This document shows positions 52,461-64,000 of a stretch of DNA of 64,000 nt, piece after piece. Origin of the DNA: Octopus vulgaris. Lineage: Eukaryota. The notes beneath the pieces were generated by a model. The model searched no databases and was not told the origin of the DNA. It was given only the letters and a program-made list of their open reading frames with translations. The translations under genes and the position numbers were made by a program. The DNA lies in the NCBI GenBank assembly GCA_951406725.2, contig OX597816.1, positions 15,004,001 to 15,068,000 on the forward strand, written 5' to 3'. Position 1 is the stretch's first letter. Every line of letters begins with the position of its first letter.

Positions 52461-53065
52461 TACAGTTATATATATATATATAAGGATAAGATCGTTAATT
52501 TAAACTAATTAATTTAAACCTTTGAGGGTCTTATATATATATCTATATATATATATATACATTTCTCTCTATATATACACACACACACACAAGTATACTC
52601 ACATACATACATACATATATATATATATATACATACATACACACACACACGCACACACACAAATACACCTGTACACACACACACACATACATATATATAT
52701 ACCCACACACACACATATATACCTATATACCTGAACTGCTATAACAGCAGTCATGTCTTTGGAGCCGTGTAAACATTATTATCAGCAATGTTTGAGTTTT
52801 ACATCAATTTCAATGGTATTATTGATAAGATAGTAAATGTTTTGTTAAGTGTGGCTACCATTGACCTATTAGCGTCTTGCTTTCCTTTCAGTTCTATTTT
52901 TGGTATCATGATGATGATGATGATGATATGTGTGTAGGCATGTGTGTGCACGTGTGTGTGTGTGTGTGTTTGTCATTTGCTTTGCATTCCTTTATCACTG
53001 AGTAGAATTTTCTTGCTGCCTAACTTAAGGAATCTTCCCATATTTTTTTATCTTTTTTTTCAATA

Positions 53066-53228
53066 GGCGCAGGAGTGGCTGTGTGGTAAGTAGCTTGCTT
53101 ACCAGCCACCTGGTTCCGGGTTCAGTCCCACTGCATGGCACCTTGGGCAAGTGTCTTCTACTATAGCCTCGGGCCAACCAAAACCTTGTGAGTGGATTTG
53201 GTAGACGGATACTGAAAGAAGCCCATTG

Positions 53229-53263
<35 letters not shown>

Positions 53264-53460
53264 ATGTATGTGTTTGTGTGTCTGTGTTTGTTCCCCCAAT
53301 ATCGCTTGACAACCAATGGTGGTGTATTTACGTACCCGTAACTTAGCGGTTCAGCAAAAGAGACCGATAGAATAAGTACTAGGCTTACAAAGAATAAGTC
53401 CTGGGGTCGATTTACTTGTGTAAAGGCAGTGCTCCAGCATGGCCACAGTCAAATGCCTGA
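53066..53460 (+). mobile_element. SINE family A
   Basis: Near full-length copy. Confidence 0.85.
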
Positions 53461-53894
53461 AAAGCTTAGCGGTATTTCATCTGCCATTGTGTTCTGAGTT
53501 CAAATTCCACAAAGGTCACTTTTGCCTTTCATCCTTTCAGGGTTGACTAAATAAGTGTCAGTCACGCACTTACCCCTTCCCCCAAATATCAGGTCCTGTT
53601 CCTATAGTAGAAAGGATTATTATTATTATTATTAGTTAGGTGGAAAAAGGCAGCAAGATGGCAGAATCATTAGCATGCTGGGCAATACATTGGCAGTATT
53701 TCGTCTGCTGCTACATTCTGAGTTCAAATTCCGCCGAGGGTCACTTTGCCTTTCATCTTTTTGGGGTTGATAAATTGAGTATCAGTAAAACACTTGGGTC
53801 AGTGTAATCGAGTAGTCCTCTCCCCATCAGTTTCAGGCCTTGTGCCTTTAGTAAAAAAGATTATTACTATTATTATTATTATTATTATTATTAT

Positions 53895-54212
53895 GGGTTT
53901 TCTTCTTTCAAATTTGCTTCCATTTCTTGCCGAGTGTCTTCCCGACTCCTAGGGCAAAGAAACTCAGTATATACATTGGTAGGCCTTTTTTTTTCTTTTT
54001 TGATAGAAATAAAGTTAATTTAAAATACATGGGTAGTAATAGTTCTCACATCGACAATGCTCTTCTCAATACGTGTGATGTACCAGTTAAGACAATCTTT
54101 TGCACTTCTTGCAGGGATGGTAAGCCAGGGATCATTCTCATATAATTTTCGGTTCCCTTCTTGATCATTCCTAGTGCTCCTACGATCACTGGTATTGTAA
54201 CCGCCTTGAGAT
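53895..54212 (-). mobile_element. R4/Dong-like LINE 3' end in (AAT)n
   Basis: Minus strand LKAVTIPVIVGALGMIKK..QEVQKIVLTGTSHVLRRAL. Confidence 0.75.
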
Positions 54213-54494
54213 ATTATTATTATTATGTAGGTACGCGTACGTATGTGTATATACGTGAATGTATGTAGATGTATGTATGTATGAATATAACGCATGGGAG
54301 CGTGTATGTGTATGAGTGTACGAATGAGTGAGTGTACGTGCTAAAGAGTGTGCGTGAGTGAATGAGTGCTTGTTTTCCAGTAGACAGATAAATGGACTGG
54401 CTGTCATAGCCAAGATGTTTGTGACCAGCGGTCAAAGATAACAAAAGTAATAAATGAAGATAATAAAATTAAAATTAGGGAATGGGTCTGTATT

Positions 54495-54935
54495 TGTATG
54501 TGTATATATATGTGTGTATGTGTAGGTATGCATAGGTACACATATGTATATATATGTATATATATATATATATGTATGTATATGTATGTGTGTGTATATA
54601 TGTGTGTATGTGTATATATGTGTATATAGGGACTAGTGTGCTGTGTGTGCATGTGTGTGTGTGGATATGTGTGTGTATGCGTGTATGTGAGTATGTGTGT
54701 GTATGTGTATATATATTTTTCTGTGTGTATATGTATGTGTGGTCGTGTGTGTATATATACATGTGTGTATACGTGTATGCATGTGAGTGTGTGTATGTAT
54801 ACATATATGTGTATGTGTAGATATGTATATGTATGTGTAAGTGTATATATATGTATATATGTGTGTGTGTATGTATGTGTGTATGTATATGTATATATGT
54901 TTGTATGTGTGTGTATATATGTATACATATGTGCA
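54495..54935. repeat. Compound (TG/TA/TATG)n microsatellite
   Basis: Direct reading. Confidence 0.95.
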
Positions 54936-55176
54936 TAGGTATAAGTGAGAATCTCCTTATTTACCTAAAACTCTATTCCCTTTCTTTTATATATATTTTT
55001 ATATTTTTTTATATTTTTTAATTTTTTTATTTATTCTTCTATCTAATTTAACACTGACTCCTTGACCACTCCCCCAAGTATGATATTTTGCGCTATGCCT
55101 ACCCCCAAAAAGTCCCCCACCAACACCCCTTTAAACCTGCCTAAATGTATAAATGCCAATACAATTCTTGTTAACT

Positions 55177-55227
55177 AGCTTCCTGAAGATTTCTCTTGAA
55201 TGAAACAGTTCTAGTCCTGTAGAAGCT
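55177..55227 (+). ncRNA. Type I hammerhead ribozyme-like motif (canonical core)
   Basis: agcttc CTGAAGA t ttc tctt gaa t GAAA cag ttctagtc ctg TA gaagct: 6 bp stem I, 3 bp stem II (first pair mismatched), closed stem III, GUA site; insert about 54937-55312. Confidence 0.72.
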
Positions 55228-55313
55228 CCTTCTATATAATAAATTAATTTTACTCTGCTATGTATTGAGTACCTTCTTTACTGTGGTTAACCCCGAATCA
55301 ACCCGGGACCTAC

Positions 55314-55347
<34 letters not shown>

Positions 55348-55634
55348 GTATGTCTTTGTATCTGTGTTTGTTCCTCATCACTGCTTGACAGACAATGTTG
55401 ATGTATTTATGTCCTTGTAACTTTGCAATACAACAAAAGAGGCTGATAGAATAATTAGCTAACTCCAATGAGTGTAAGAAGTAAAAGCTAAAAGATAAAC
55501 TGAAATTATTAGTACAAAATAAAGACTGCGAAACAGCTGTAATCCTATGGATATCAAGTAGTTAAATAAGAGTTACTTTTATATACTATAACTCAGCATC
55601 CATGATTATCACTATTCTTCTTCTTCTTCTTCTT

Positions 55635-55706
<72 letters not shown>

Positions 55707-55818
55707 GAATTAAAATAAAAGTGGTAATTTTAATAAATGTGTACACACATACATATACATAGACACATAATAAACATGTCTATATTTTCTGAGTATGTAA
55801 TTCATATTGTCCTTTGTA

Positions 55819-55921
55819 CACCCCGATGATTCTCCATCCAAGGTATTTAAAATGTAAAATTATATATTTATATATGTTTTGTAATTTTAATTTTGTTTGT
55901 GAAATGAAACAATTGTAGGTG
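55819..55921 (+). ncRNA. Hammerhead-like motif, CCGATGA core
   Basis: cacc CCGATGA ... GAAA caattg TA ggtg; palindromic stem III; stem II decayed. Confidence 0.55.
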
Positions 55922-56020
55922 AATATGATAAATAATTAATAAATTAATTTGTATCCATTAGATCTCTTTGTTTCCTAACTCAATAATAATGTTTGATATT
56001 TTACGATATTTTGTATAATA

Positions 56021-56106
56021 TATTCATTGACGAAATATCTCTTTAAAGTATAATGTATGAAACCAGTGTATCTTGGATAAAAATATCCCTGTAAGAGGTT
56101 TGAATA
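56021..56106 (+). ncRNA. Degenerate hammerhead-like motif
   Basis: tattca TTGACGA ... GAAA cc..gg TT tgaata; stem I perfect, C3 mutated. Confidence 0.4.
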
Positions 56107-56313
56107 TCCTCATTATTACTATATGTGTGTGTGTGTGTGTTTGTGTATGTGTGTGTGTATAAAAATAAAATGGAGATATACAATTGTCAATTCAAAAATT
56201 AAAATTTATTAACATTATATTATATTATATTATATTCTTATAATGATATAATATAATATAATATGATAAATTACATACAATGTGTCAATTTTTACCCATA
56301 ATATCTGCGAATG

Positions 56314-56357
<44 letters not shown>

Positions 56358-56363
<6 letters not shown>

Positions 56364-57104
56364 CACTTGATTTTTTTTAATGTTTTTTTCCCCCATACTT
56401 TTGCGAGTTGGTTTAGGCAAACACTATCTGAGAGAGATCTTCTTTAAGTATTAGAAATAGCTGAAGAAATTTCTTTAGCTGCTATTTCTAATGAGTTCAG
56501 TATGTGGCAAAGTAATTTATTTTACTAAGCCCTTATATATAATGTAATATTTTGAATTCGCCTAAAATGGTCCCTTTACATACTGAATACTTGGTGAAAT
56601 TGATTAATAATTAATTAATTTTACCCTCAATTGTTGAAATTATAATTCATCTCTCTCTGTTAAATGCTGCGGTTTTCACCGTTAATACATGGTGTTTGTC
56701 AATTTTAACCCACGCTGGTGGAAAGGGGAGAGCAGAAATTCTTCGCTTGCATATTCGAATTTGATAGCACTTTTAGTTCGAGCAGAATTCTAGAGGTGAT
56801 TAGAAGCCGAAAGGGTATGCTCCCGACTTTCAGTGTTCCCAAATCCGATTCAAGGAATTCTGAGCTGACGAAAGAAATGTCGAATTGACTAATCTAGAAA
56901 CGTACGTTCTCAAATAACCTTTGCACTTGATTTTTTAATGTTTTTTTCTCCCATACTTTTGTGAGTTGGTTTAGGCAAACACTATCTGAGAGAGATCTTC
57001 TTTAAGTATTAGAAATAGCTGAAGAAATTTCTTTAGCTGCTATTTCTAATGAGTTCAGTATGTGGCAAAGTAATTTATTTTACTAAGCCCTTATATATAA
57101 TGTA
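56358..57104 (+). mobile_element. (TA)n-flanked element with ~187 bp terminal direct repeats (56358-56545 / 56918-57104) and an internal hammerhead
   Basis: CCTTTGCACTTGATTTT...AAGCCCTTATATATAATGTA twice at a 560 bp period. Confidence 0.75.
56861..56912 (+). ncRNA. Type I hammerhead ribozyme-like motif (canonical core)
   Basis: tgag CTGACGA a aga..gtc gaatt gac..tct a GAAA cgtacg TT ctca; palindromic stem III, GUU site. Confidence 0.7.
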
Positions 57105-57330
57105 TATATATATATATATATATCATGCTTGCGCTGACGATTAAAAAATGCATTTTGTGCACTAATTATGAAATCATATGATCTGCAGCTGAATCTGTTT
57201 TTAAAAGGCTTGCTTTGAGAGTTGCATTCCCTCGCATTCGGTACAATGTGCTTATTATGGTAGTTTTGTTAGTCCCTCCTAACATGAAGCATTTATGTAT
57301 AGTAATGCCCTTAATATAGATATAAAAAAA

Positions 57331-57381
<51 letters not shown>

Positions 57382-57404
57382 ACATACATATATACATACA
57401 TCAT

Positions 57405-57639
57405 CATCATTGTTCGACCGTGGTCGAGACAATGGAATTTACTATGTTACGCCAGACCTCACGATCCATCATAGCATTACAGAGGTCCTGTTGCTGGATG
57501 CCTGTATCCCTGGAGATTACATCAGGTTAGGAGAGCGTGCGCCCTCTGGTACTGCGAGCAGATGGCTTCCAGAGGAGAAGAGTAGAAATTACCTCGTTTT
57601 CAGCTCTACAACAATGTCCAGCAAACTGGACTTTTCTGC
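57405..57639 (-). mobile_element. RTE/RTE-X-like LINE 3' end
   Basis: Minus strand QFAGHCCRAENEVISTLLLW..AMMDREVWR; (GAT)n tail. Confidence 0.7.
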
Positions 57640-58509
57640 ATACATACATACATACATACATACATACATACATACATACATAGATACATACATACATACA
57701 TACATACATACATACATACATACATACATACATACATACATACATACATACATACGTACATATTTATGTGTGTGCATGTCTGTAATACAATATTGGGCTC
57801 CATGTAAAACAAAAAATAATGGCTGGACTTGTTTGGTCTGTCTTTGATCACAGTCTGCTCAATCAGGACTGACCCTGAATAAAGAACACCAGAAATTCTA
57901 CGTGGTTTATGGTAACCTATACCCTATTTTTATTTAGACTCCTGTCAGTCCCAGTTGAGCAGACCCATGATCAAAGGAGCCCTGTCTGTGACCATCCTGT
58001 ATTTTTGTTCATAAGGGTCAAAAATATTCAAGTATTGTTCTTCATTTAAAACAGTAGACTGAGATGTGAGGGAGATTTGTTATCCATTTTAAGCCAGTTT
58101 GGTGCTTTTATTTCTTGTGACATGGCAGAAAATCAGTCAAAGATCCCAGAGTTAGAATCAATGCATGACCTGGGAATCCACTTGAGCAGTGATGCAACAT
58201 TCTATGTGCATATTACTAGGATGACAGCACTGTGCAGGCGAATAGCTTGATGGATCCTTAGATCATTCAGAACAAGAAATAAGGATTCCTTGCTACTCCT
58301 ATGGAGGACATTTGTCCTCAGTTGTCTGCATTACTGCTCCCAACTGTGGTCACCACAGTGCATCAAATTGGTGGAGGAACTTGAGGCAATCCAGTGCCAC
58401 TACACAAAGAAGATTGACTCAGTAGAATGGATGAGCTACTGAGAGAGTCTACAAAAGAAGCTCTACTTCATGGGGAGAAGGTGAGAAAGGTATGCAGTGA
58501 TATACATAC

Positions 58510-59231
58510 TCTCTCTCTTTACTCTTTTACTTGTTTCAGTCATTTGACTGCGGCCATGCTGGAGCACCGCCTTTAACCCCTTACCCGGCAGAAACGAATA
58601 TATGCGTTTTGAACGAAATCGTTTTTTTCTATCTTTGGTGAGTTAACTCGTCAAAAGATAGACTCGCCAAAATCGACAGCAAACGAGTTCCTTCGTCTAA
58701 AAACAGGTTAACTCGTTTCTGCCCAAAGCGGTAATTTAAAATCAATATTATTGAATTAAAATTCATAATAAATAAGGTTTGAAATATACCTCGAAATCAC
58801 CATTCAAAACATAGTAAAATAAAACAATTAAAAAATATGTCTGAAAAAAATACATTTATTTTCAAAATAATTGTTGGGTAAAGGGTTAATCGAGCAACTC
58901 GACCCCGGGACTTATTCTTTTTGTAAGCCCAGTACTTATTCTATCGGTCTCTTTTGCCGAACTGCTAAGTGATGCGGACATAAACACACCAGCATCGGTT
59001 GTCAAGCAATGCTAGGGGGACAAACACAGACACACAGACACACACACGCATATATATACATATATACGATGGGCTTCATTCAGTTTCCGTCTACCAAATC
59101 CACTCACAAGGCTTTGGTCGGCCTGAGGCTATAGTAGAAGACACTTGCCCAAATGTGCCACGCAGCAGGACTGAACCCGGAACCATGTGGTTGGTAAACA
59201 AGCTACTTACCACACAGCCACTCCTGCACCT
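58510..59231 (-). mobile_element. SINE family A interrupted by a piggyBac-type MITE
   Basis: SINE sequence resumes exactly after the duplicated TTAA. Confidence 0.85.
58577..58885. mobile_element. piggyBac-type MITE (family P3)
   Basis: TTAA TSD at 58573-58576 and 58886-58889; ends CCCCTTACCCGGCA / TGTTGGGTAAAGGG. Confidence 0.85.
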
Positions 59232-59641
59232 ATGGAAGATCCTGGAAGGTTTAGCTCCCAACTTTCGAATTAAAAGCTATACCAACCACTGAACTTGATG
59301 GCACTGCATAATACCAAAAATTCCATCTTCTTCATCTCAGATAAGGACCCAGAATTGCAACAGCTTGGGTTTCAGGGGGCCAAAACTATTTAACATCCTA
59401 AGTAATCAGCAAGGTGTAGATGTGGAAACGTTCAGAAAGCATCTGGACAAATTTCTATGGGAAATCCCAGATGAGCCCACATAACGGCAGGAGGCACAAA
59501 GAAGAACAGCTTCATCCGACTCACTTCTTCATCAAAAACAGTTCTGAAAGGAGACCCAAAAGCATTGAAAGGCAGTGCTCCAGCATGGCCCCAGCCTCTG
59601 GTTGAAATCAGTAAAAGGAGAAAAGATAAAGAAAAGACATA

Positions 59642-60911
59642 TAGGGGTTGGACAAAATAATGGAAACACTTAGCATCATAGCATCATAATTTTGAAATAT
59701 CTGTAAAACTGTCAAAAGCTTGTTTATTTTTATGTCTTTTTGATTTATTATTTGTGTTGCTTAATATATTTTGCTAAAATTGCTGTTTCTTTTCAGATAT
59801 CATCAGAAAAAGCTAATTAAAATTCATCATAATGACAGAACTGTTATTCGACTTTCAAAGAGACCAAATTGTTGGTGCTCATATGGCAGGTGCTAGCATA
59901 GCGAAATCAGCCAAAATGTTTGGTCTTGAAACTAATGACAGCCTTTGAGAAAGAGGGAAAAGCCTCTTCGTCAAAAAAAAACTATGGAAGAAAATGAAAA
60001 CTTTCAGATAGAGACTGTTGGATTCTTACATGAATTGTTAGAAAGGATCACAAAAGTACAACACAAAAAATTACTGCAGAGCTTAATGACCACTTTGAGA
60101 ACCCAGTTTCCACAAAAACTGTTTGCCAGGAGCTGCACAAAGCCGAATTTCACGGGAGGGCTGCAATCAGAAAACCACTACTTTCAAAAGCGAAAGTTAC
60201 AAAGCCTTTAGAGTGGGGTGAAATCCTACAGAATTGGTCCCTAGAGCAGTGGAAGAATGTTATTTTCTTGGACAAGTCATCCCTTACCTTATTTCCGACC
60301 AGCAGCTGAGGATACATGTAGAAACAACCAATAGAAGATTTGACCCAGACTGCCTTCTTCCAACATGGAGGAACATGGAGGAGGATGTGTGATGATCGGG
60401 GGTTGGTGGGGGAGCTATATCTTGGAAATCCGCTGATACAATAGTTTCCCTTCATGGCAGAATTAATAGTTCAGACTATTTAAGCATTTTATCTGATCAA
60501 ATTCATCCTATGCTTGCGGAACTGTTTCCAGAGGGAAACGCAATCTTTCAGGATGATGATGCACCAATTTACACAGCTAAAGTTGTTGCTGAATGGCACG
60601 AGGAACATTCTAGTGAAGTTGAACATCTTATCTGGCCACCACAGTCCCCAGATCTCAATATTATTGAACATTTATGATGCATTTTAGAAAAACAAGTAAG
60701 GAGTCGATATCCTCCACCATCATCCTACAAGAACTGGAGACAGTTTTTGTTGAAGAATGGACAAAAATTCCTTTGGAAACAATTCAAACTTTGTATGACT
60801 CCATACCTCATAGCATTCAAGCTGTAATTACTGCCAAAGGTGGTCCTACCCCATATTAAAATAAATTTGTTTGAAATTTTAAGGTGTTTCCATTATTTTG
60901 TCCAACCCCTG
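59642..60911 (+). mobile_element. Full-length decayed Tc1 transposon
   Basis: TIR (C)AGGGGTTGGACAAAATAATGGAAACAC at both ends, TA TSD; frameshifted transposase with DFQRDQIVGA, FLDKS, FQDDDAPI, WPPQSPDLNIIEH. Confidence 0.92.
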
Positions 60912-60959
60912 TACATCCATCCATCCATCCATCCATCCGTACATACATACATGCATGCA

Positions 60960-61008
<49 letters not shown>

Positions 61009-61227
61009 ATGTATATAGCTAGCTAGCTAGCTAGATAGATAGATAGATATGTATTATATGTATGTATTTAAATGAATATAAAAAATGAAATTGTACCCTT
61101 GAATTTTGGAACGATTCCTCCTCCACCTCTTCCATCATAAGAAGGTGTAAGTAGAGCCTCTGATGAAAATAGACCTGCTCTTTGAGTCAAAGCAGACCGA
61201 GGGTTGAACAACTACATCAACATCAAC

Positions 61228-61443
61228 TACTACTATTACTATTACTATGAATGACACTACCACCACCACCACTACTACTAATAATAATGACAGGACAATG
61301 ATGACGACTGCTGCTGCTACTACTACTACTACTACTACTATAAATGACACGATGCCGACAACGACTACTACTTCTACTACTACTACTACTACTAGTGCTA
61401 CTACTGCTGCTGCTGCTACTACTACTACTACTACTACTACCAC
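61228..61443. repeat. (ACT)n/(GCT)n trinucleotide repeat
   Basis: Direct reading. Confidence 0.9.
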
Positions 61444-62156
61444 GTACGTGATTTTTACTCTTCTATGTCAGAAAGGACATTTTGTTTTGCTTTGCTATCA
61501 GTAGGTCAAGCTCCATCCATAAATACAATAATAAATCATCAACCACAATTATTTGTGGAATTGGAAAGGTTTCCGCTTCTTGTCTGTCTGTCTGTTTGTC
61601 TGTCTAGGATTTGAGACAAGGATTGGCTCCAAGTAGAAACACTTCAGACACTTGATCGGGGCACTGAGTGCTGGAATTGGCCATTGTTATATCACCAAAG
61701 TCTTTAAATGACAAAGAGAAAAATATGCTCGGAACAATAACAGTATTTTGCACTCACATATATTGGGTTACGTCTCCGTAACTTAGTGGTTTGGCAAAAG
61801 AGACTGATAGAATAAGTACTAGGCTTACAAAGAATAAGTCCTGGGGTCGATTTGCTCGACTAAAGGTGGTGCTCCAGCATGGCCACAGTCAAATGACTGA
61901 AACAAGTAAAAGAGTAAAAGAGTAAAAGTATGGCAATGAAATAATGACACCTTAATATGTGAAATCTTAATTAAATTCATCTATATTAAAAATGAATTAA
62001 TATATGAAGCTTGCTTCCAGACCACATGGTTCCGGGTTCGGTCCCACTGCGTGGCACCTTGGGCAAGTAAGTGTCTTCTACTAAATCTTCGGGCAGACCA
62101 AAGCCTTGTGAGTGGATTTGGTAGAAGGAAATTGAAAGAAGCCCATTGTGTATATA

Positions 62157-62722
62157 TTGGGTTATCCAGAAAGTTCATGCCAATTTTTAAAGGAAAGAAA
62201 AAAGTCAATAAATACTTGCCATTACATTTTTAATCAATCAAATATGAACCATTTTGTTGCACAATGCGTCTCCATCTTTCCTTTAACTTGAAAATACTCT
62301 CTTCCTAGATTTGAGGTGGTTTCATGGCAAAGAATTCATCAAGGTATCTTTTTACGTCATCCAAAGAATTGAAATTTTTAACATTAAGACTATTCTGCAG
62401 AGACCTGAATAAATGGAAATCCGAAGGAGCAATATCTAGTGAATGTGGAGGGTGGGGTAACACATCCCAGCCAAGCTGCAGCAATTTTTGTCTGGTTCCC
62501 AAAGCATCAAGTGCCGAAAATGAACTTTCTTATCTTCCATTTTAAAGGGTTACAAAATTAACACAGGTTCTAGGAACATAAACCTTCTTCCATGAAAAGA
62601 TAGCTTAAACTGTGCTCTAAATGGAGGTGGAGTCAAATCCTATTTTATAGACTCAACCATGTTCTAAAATAAGTCGAAAGGTTAGCTGCTATAAATCAGC
62701 ACGAACTTTCCGGACAACCCAA
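62157..62722 (-). mobile_element. Internally deleted mariner element
   Basis: TIRs TTGGGTTATCCAGAAAGTTC / GAACTTTCCGGACAACCCAA, TA TSD; LGWDVLPHPPHSLDIAPSDFHLFRSLQNSL. Confidence 0.9.
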
Positions 62723-63229
62723 TACGTTATCTTTTACTTGTTTCAGTCATTAAATTGTGGCCATGCTGGGGTACCACCTTGAAGGATTTTGGTCAAATGA
62801 ATTGATTTCAGTATTTATGTTTCTTTGGAATTGGAAAAGGTTTCTTTTTCTTCTCTGTCTATATATATTCATAGACACAGATATAAGTTGTATGGTAAGA
62901 CTGTCATTTCCCAATTACATGGTTCCAAGTTCAGTCCTATGGCATGGCACTTTCAGCAAGTGTCTTCTATAGCCTAGGGCCAAGCAAGGCTATGTGAGTG
63001 GATTTTATAGATGATCCGGACTGTTGCCATAGTAACGAAGCTAAAGTATGAAGAGTAAAGCTGCTTGGCACAGATTGAGCTTGAGCACTGTTGTGAAACC
63101 GTATGGCATATTACCAGCCAATGTATGCCACTAGCCCAGAAGGAATATAAGAGACGCCACAGCTTCTAATGCGGGAGATCTTATTACAGTGTCAGGTGTT
63201 CACTACCAGTGAACTAAGGTAACATCCCT

Positions 63230-63655
63230 TATTTTTCGAGCACTATCCAAAGTATTTGAGTGGTTCCAAGCAGTGCTGTTTTCTGCAAGTGCTCCACCCT
63301 TATTTGTTCCATGTACTTCTCAAGATTTTTACATACTGTTCCCAGGGCTCAGACAATTATTGATACTACTACCACATTTTTCATCGACCACAACTGCTTA
63401 ACTTCCCAAGCTAACCTGTCATATCTATCGACTTTACTTTCTTCCTTATCACATACCTTGTTGTCAGCTGGGTATGTTATATCTATGATCCTGCATAGTT
63501 TGCTTTCTTTCTCAATTAACACTATGTCTGGTTTCCTATTCTCTATCTCATGGTTGCACTGAATCATAAAATCCCATAGGATCTTTGCATTATCATTTTT
63601 GATAATGCCTTTGGGCTTACGTTTGTACCACTTTTTTGCTCTGTCTAGTCTATAT
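63230..63655 (-). mobile_element. R4/Dong-like LINE restriction-like endonuclease fragment
   Basis: RKPDIVL..IIDITYPAD..EESKVDRY..LAWEVKQLW (PD-D/ExK pattern). Confidence 0.75.
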
Positions 63656-64000
63656 TTGTTATGTATATATTAATATTACTATTATTATCAGTTTGTTCAT
63701 TGTTGCTGACGATGACCAAAGCCATCATGTTGCAGAGGAAGACGGGTCATGGTGTGTCTGGTTGTGGTCAATAAGTCCTTTGTATCCTTGGAAGGCTTGG
63801 CTGCAAGTCAGGCACCAAGGACTGAAGGCGAGAAGTTGGCTCTGGACTTGCACAGTTTGTATTCTCTTTGTGCTCCTGCAATCCTGTTCTGTTTGAAGGA
63901 GGTGGAACCTCTAATGATGCAGTTTTACCAGGCAAAGAGGTCTTGTGCTTGTATTTCCCAGATGTCAGGGTTGATCTCAAAATCACTATCCCTAGCCACT

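Larger units (their letters stand above)
58130..59637 (+). mobile_element. CR1/L2-like LINE 3' fragment hosting SINE A (58510-59231)
   Basis: DLGIHLSSD..WILRSFRTR..LHYCSQLWSP..ERYAVIY|WKILEGLAPNF..FRKHLDKFL..IPDEP; reading continues across the SINE. Confidence 0.8.

Noticed and set aside
59832-60859. Active Tc1 transposase
   Set aside because: Multiple frameshifts and stops; left TIR first base mutated.
61135-61504. Mucin-like poly-Thr / poly-Val ORFs
   Set aside because: (ACT)n microsatellite with no splice or start context.

Overview
Eukaryotic, AT-rich, repeat-saturated genomic DNA, most consistent with an octopus/cephalopod genome (inferred from the repeat families, not verified by search). 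Only one host coding exon is well supported: a minus-strand exon (CDS 11668->10904) encoding the N-terminus and first GAF domain of a PDE11/PDE5-type cyclic-nucleotide phosphodiesterase, with a clean acceptor (11885), a phase-0 donor (10903) and a TE-poor, CpG-retaining upstream island (about 11.9-16.6 kb). Nearly all other ORFs in the track are microsatellite or repeat artefacts. The rest is tRNA-derived SINEs, 3' fragments of RTE, CR1/L2-like, R4/Dong-like and Tx1-like LINEs, decayed Tc1/mariner and hAT transposons, TTAA (piggyBac-type) and Mutator-type MITEs, a Helitron, local duplications and long microsatellites. The most interesting hidden signal is about 14 type-I hammerhead-ribozyme-like motifs from several unrelated small elements sitting in (TA)n tracts. 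They include a same-strand cluster at 55.2-56.9 kb, a fixed-length ~200 bp family, and a recurrent non-canonical CCGA(N)GA core. All folds were read by eye and no activity is demonstrated.
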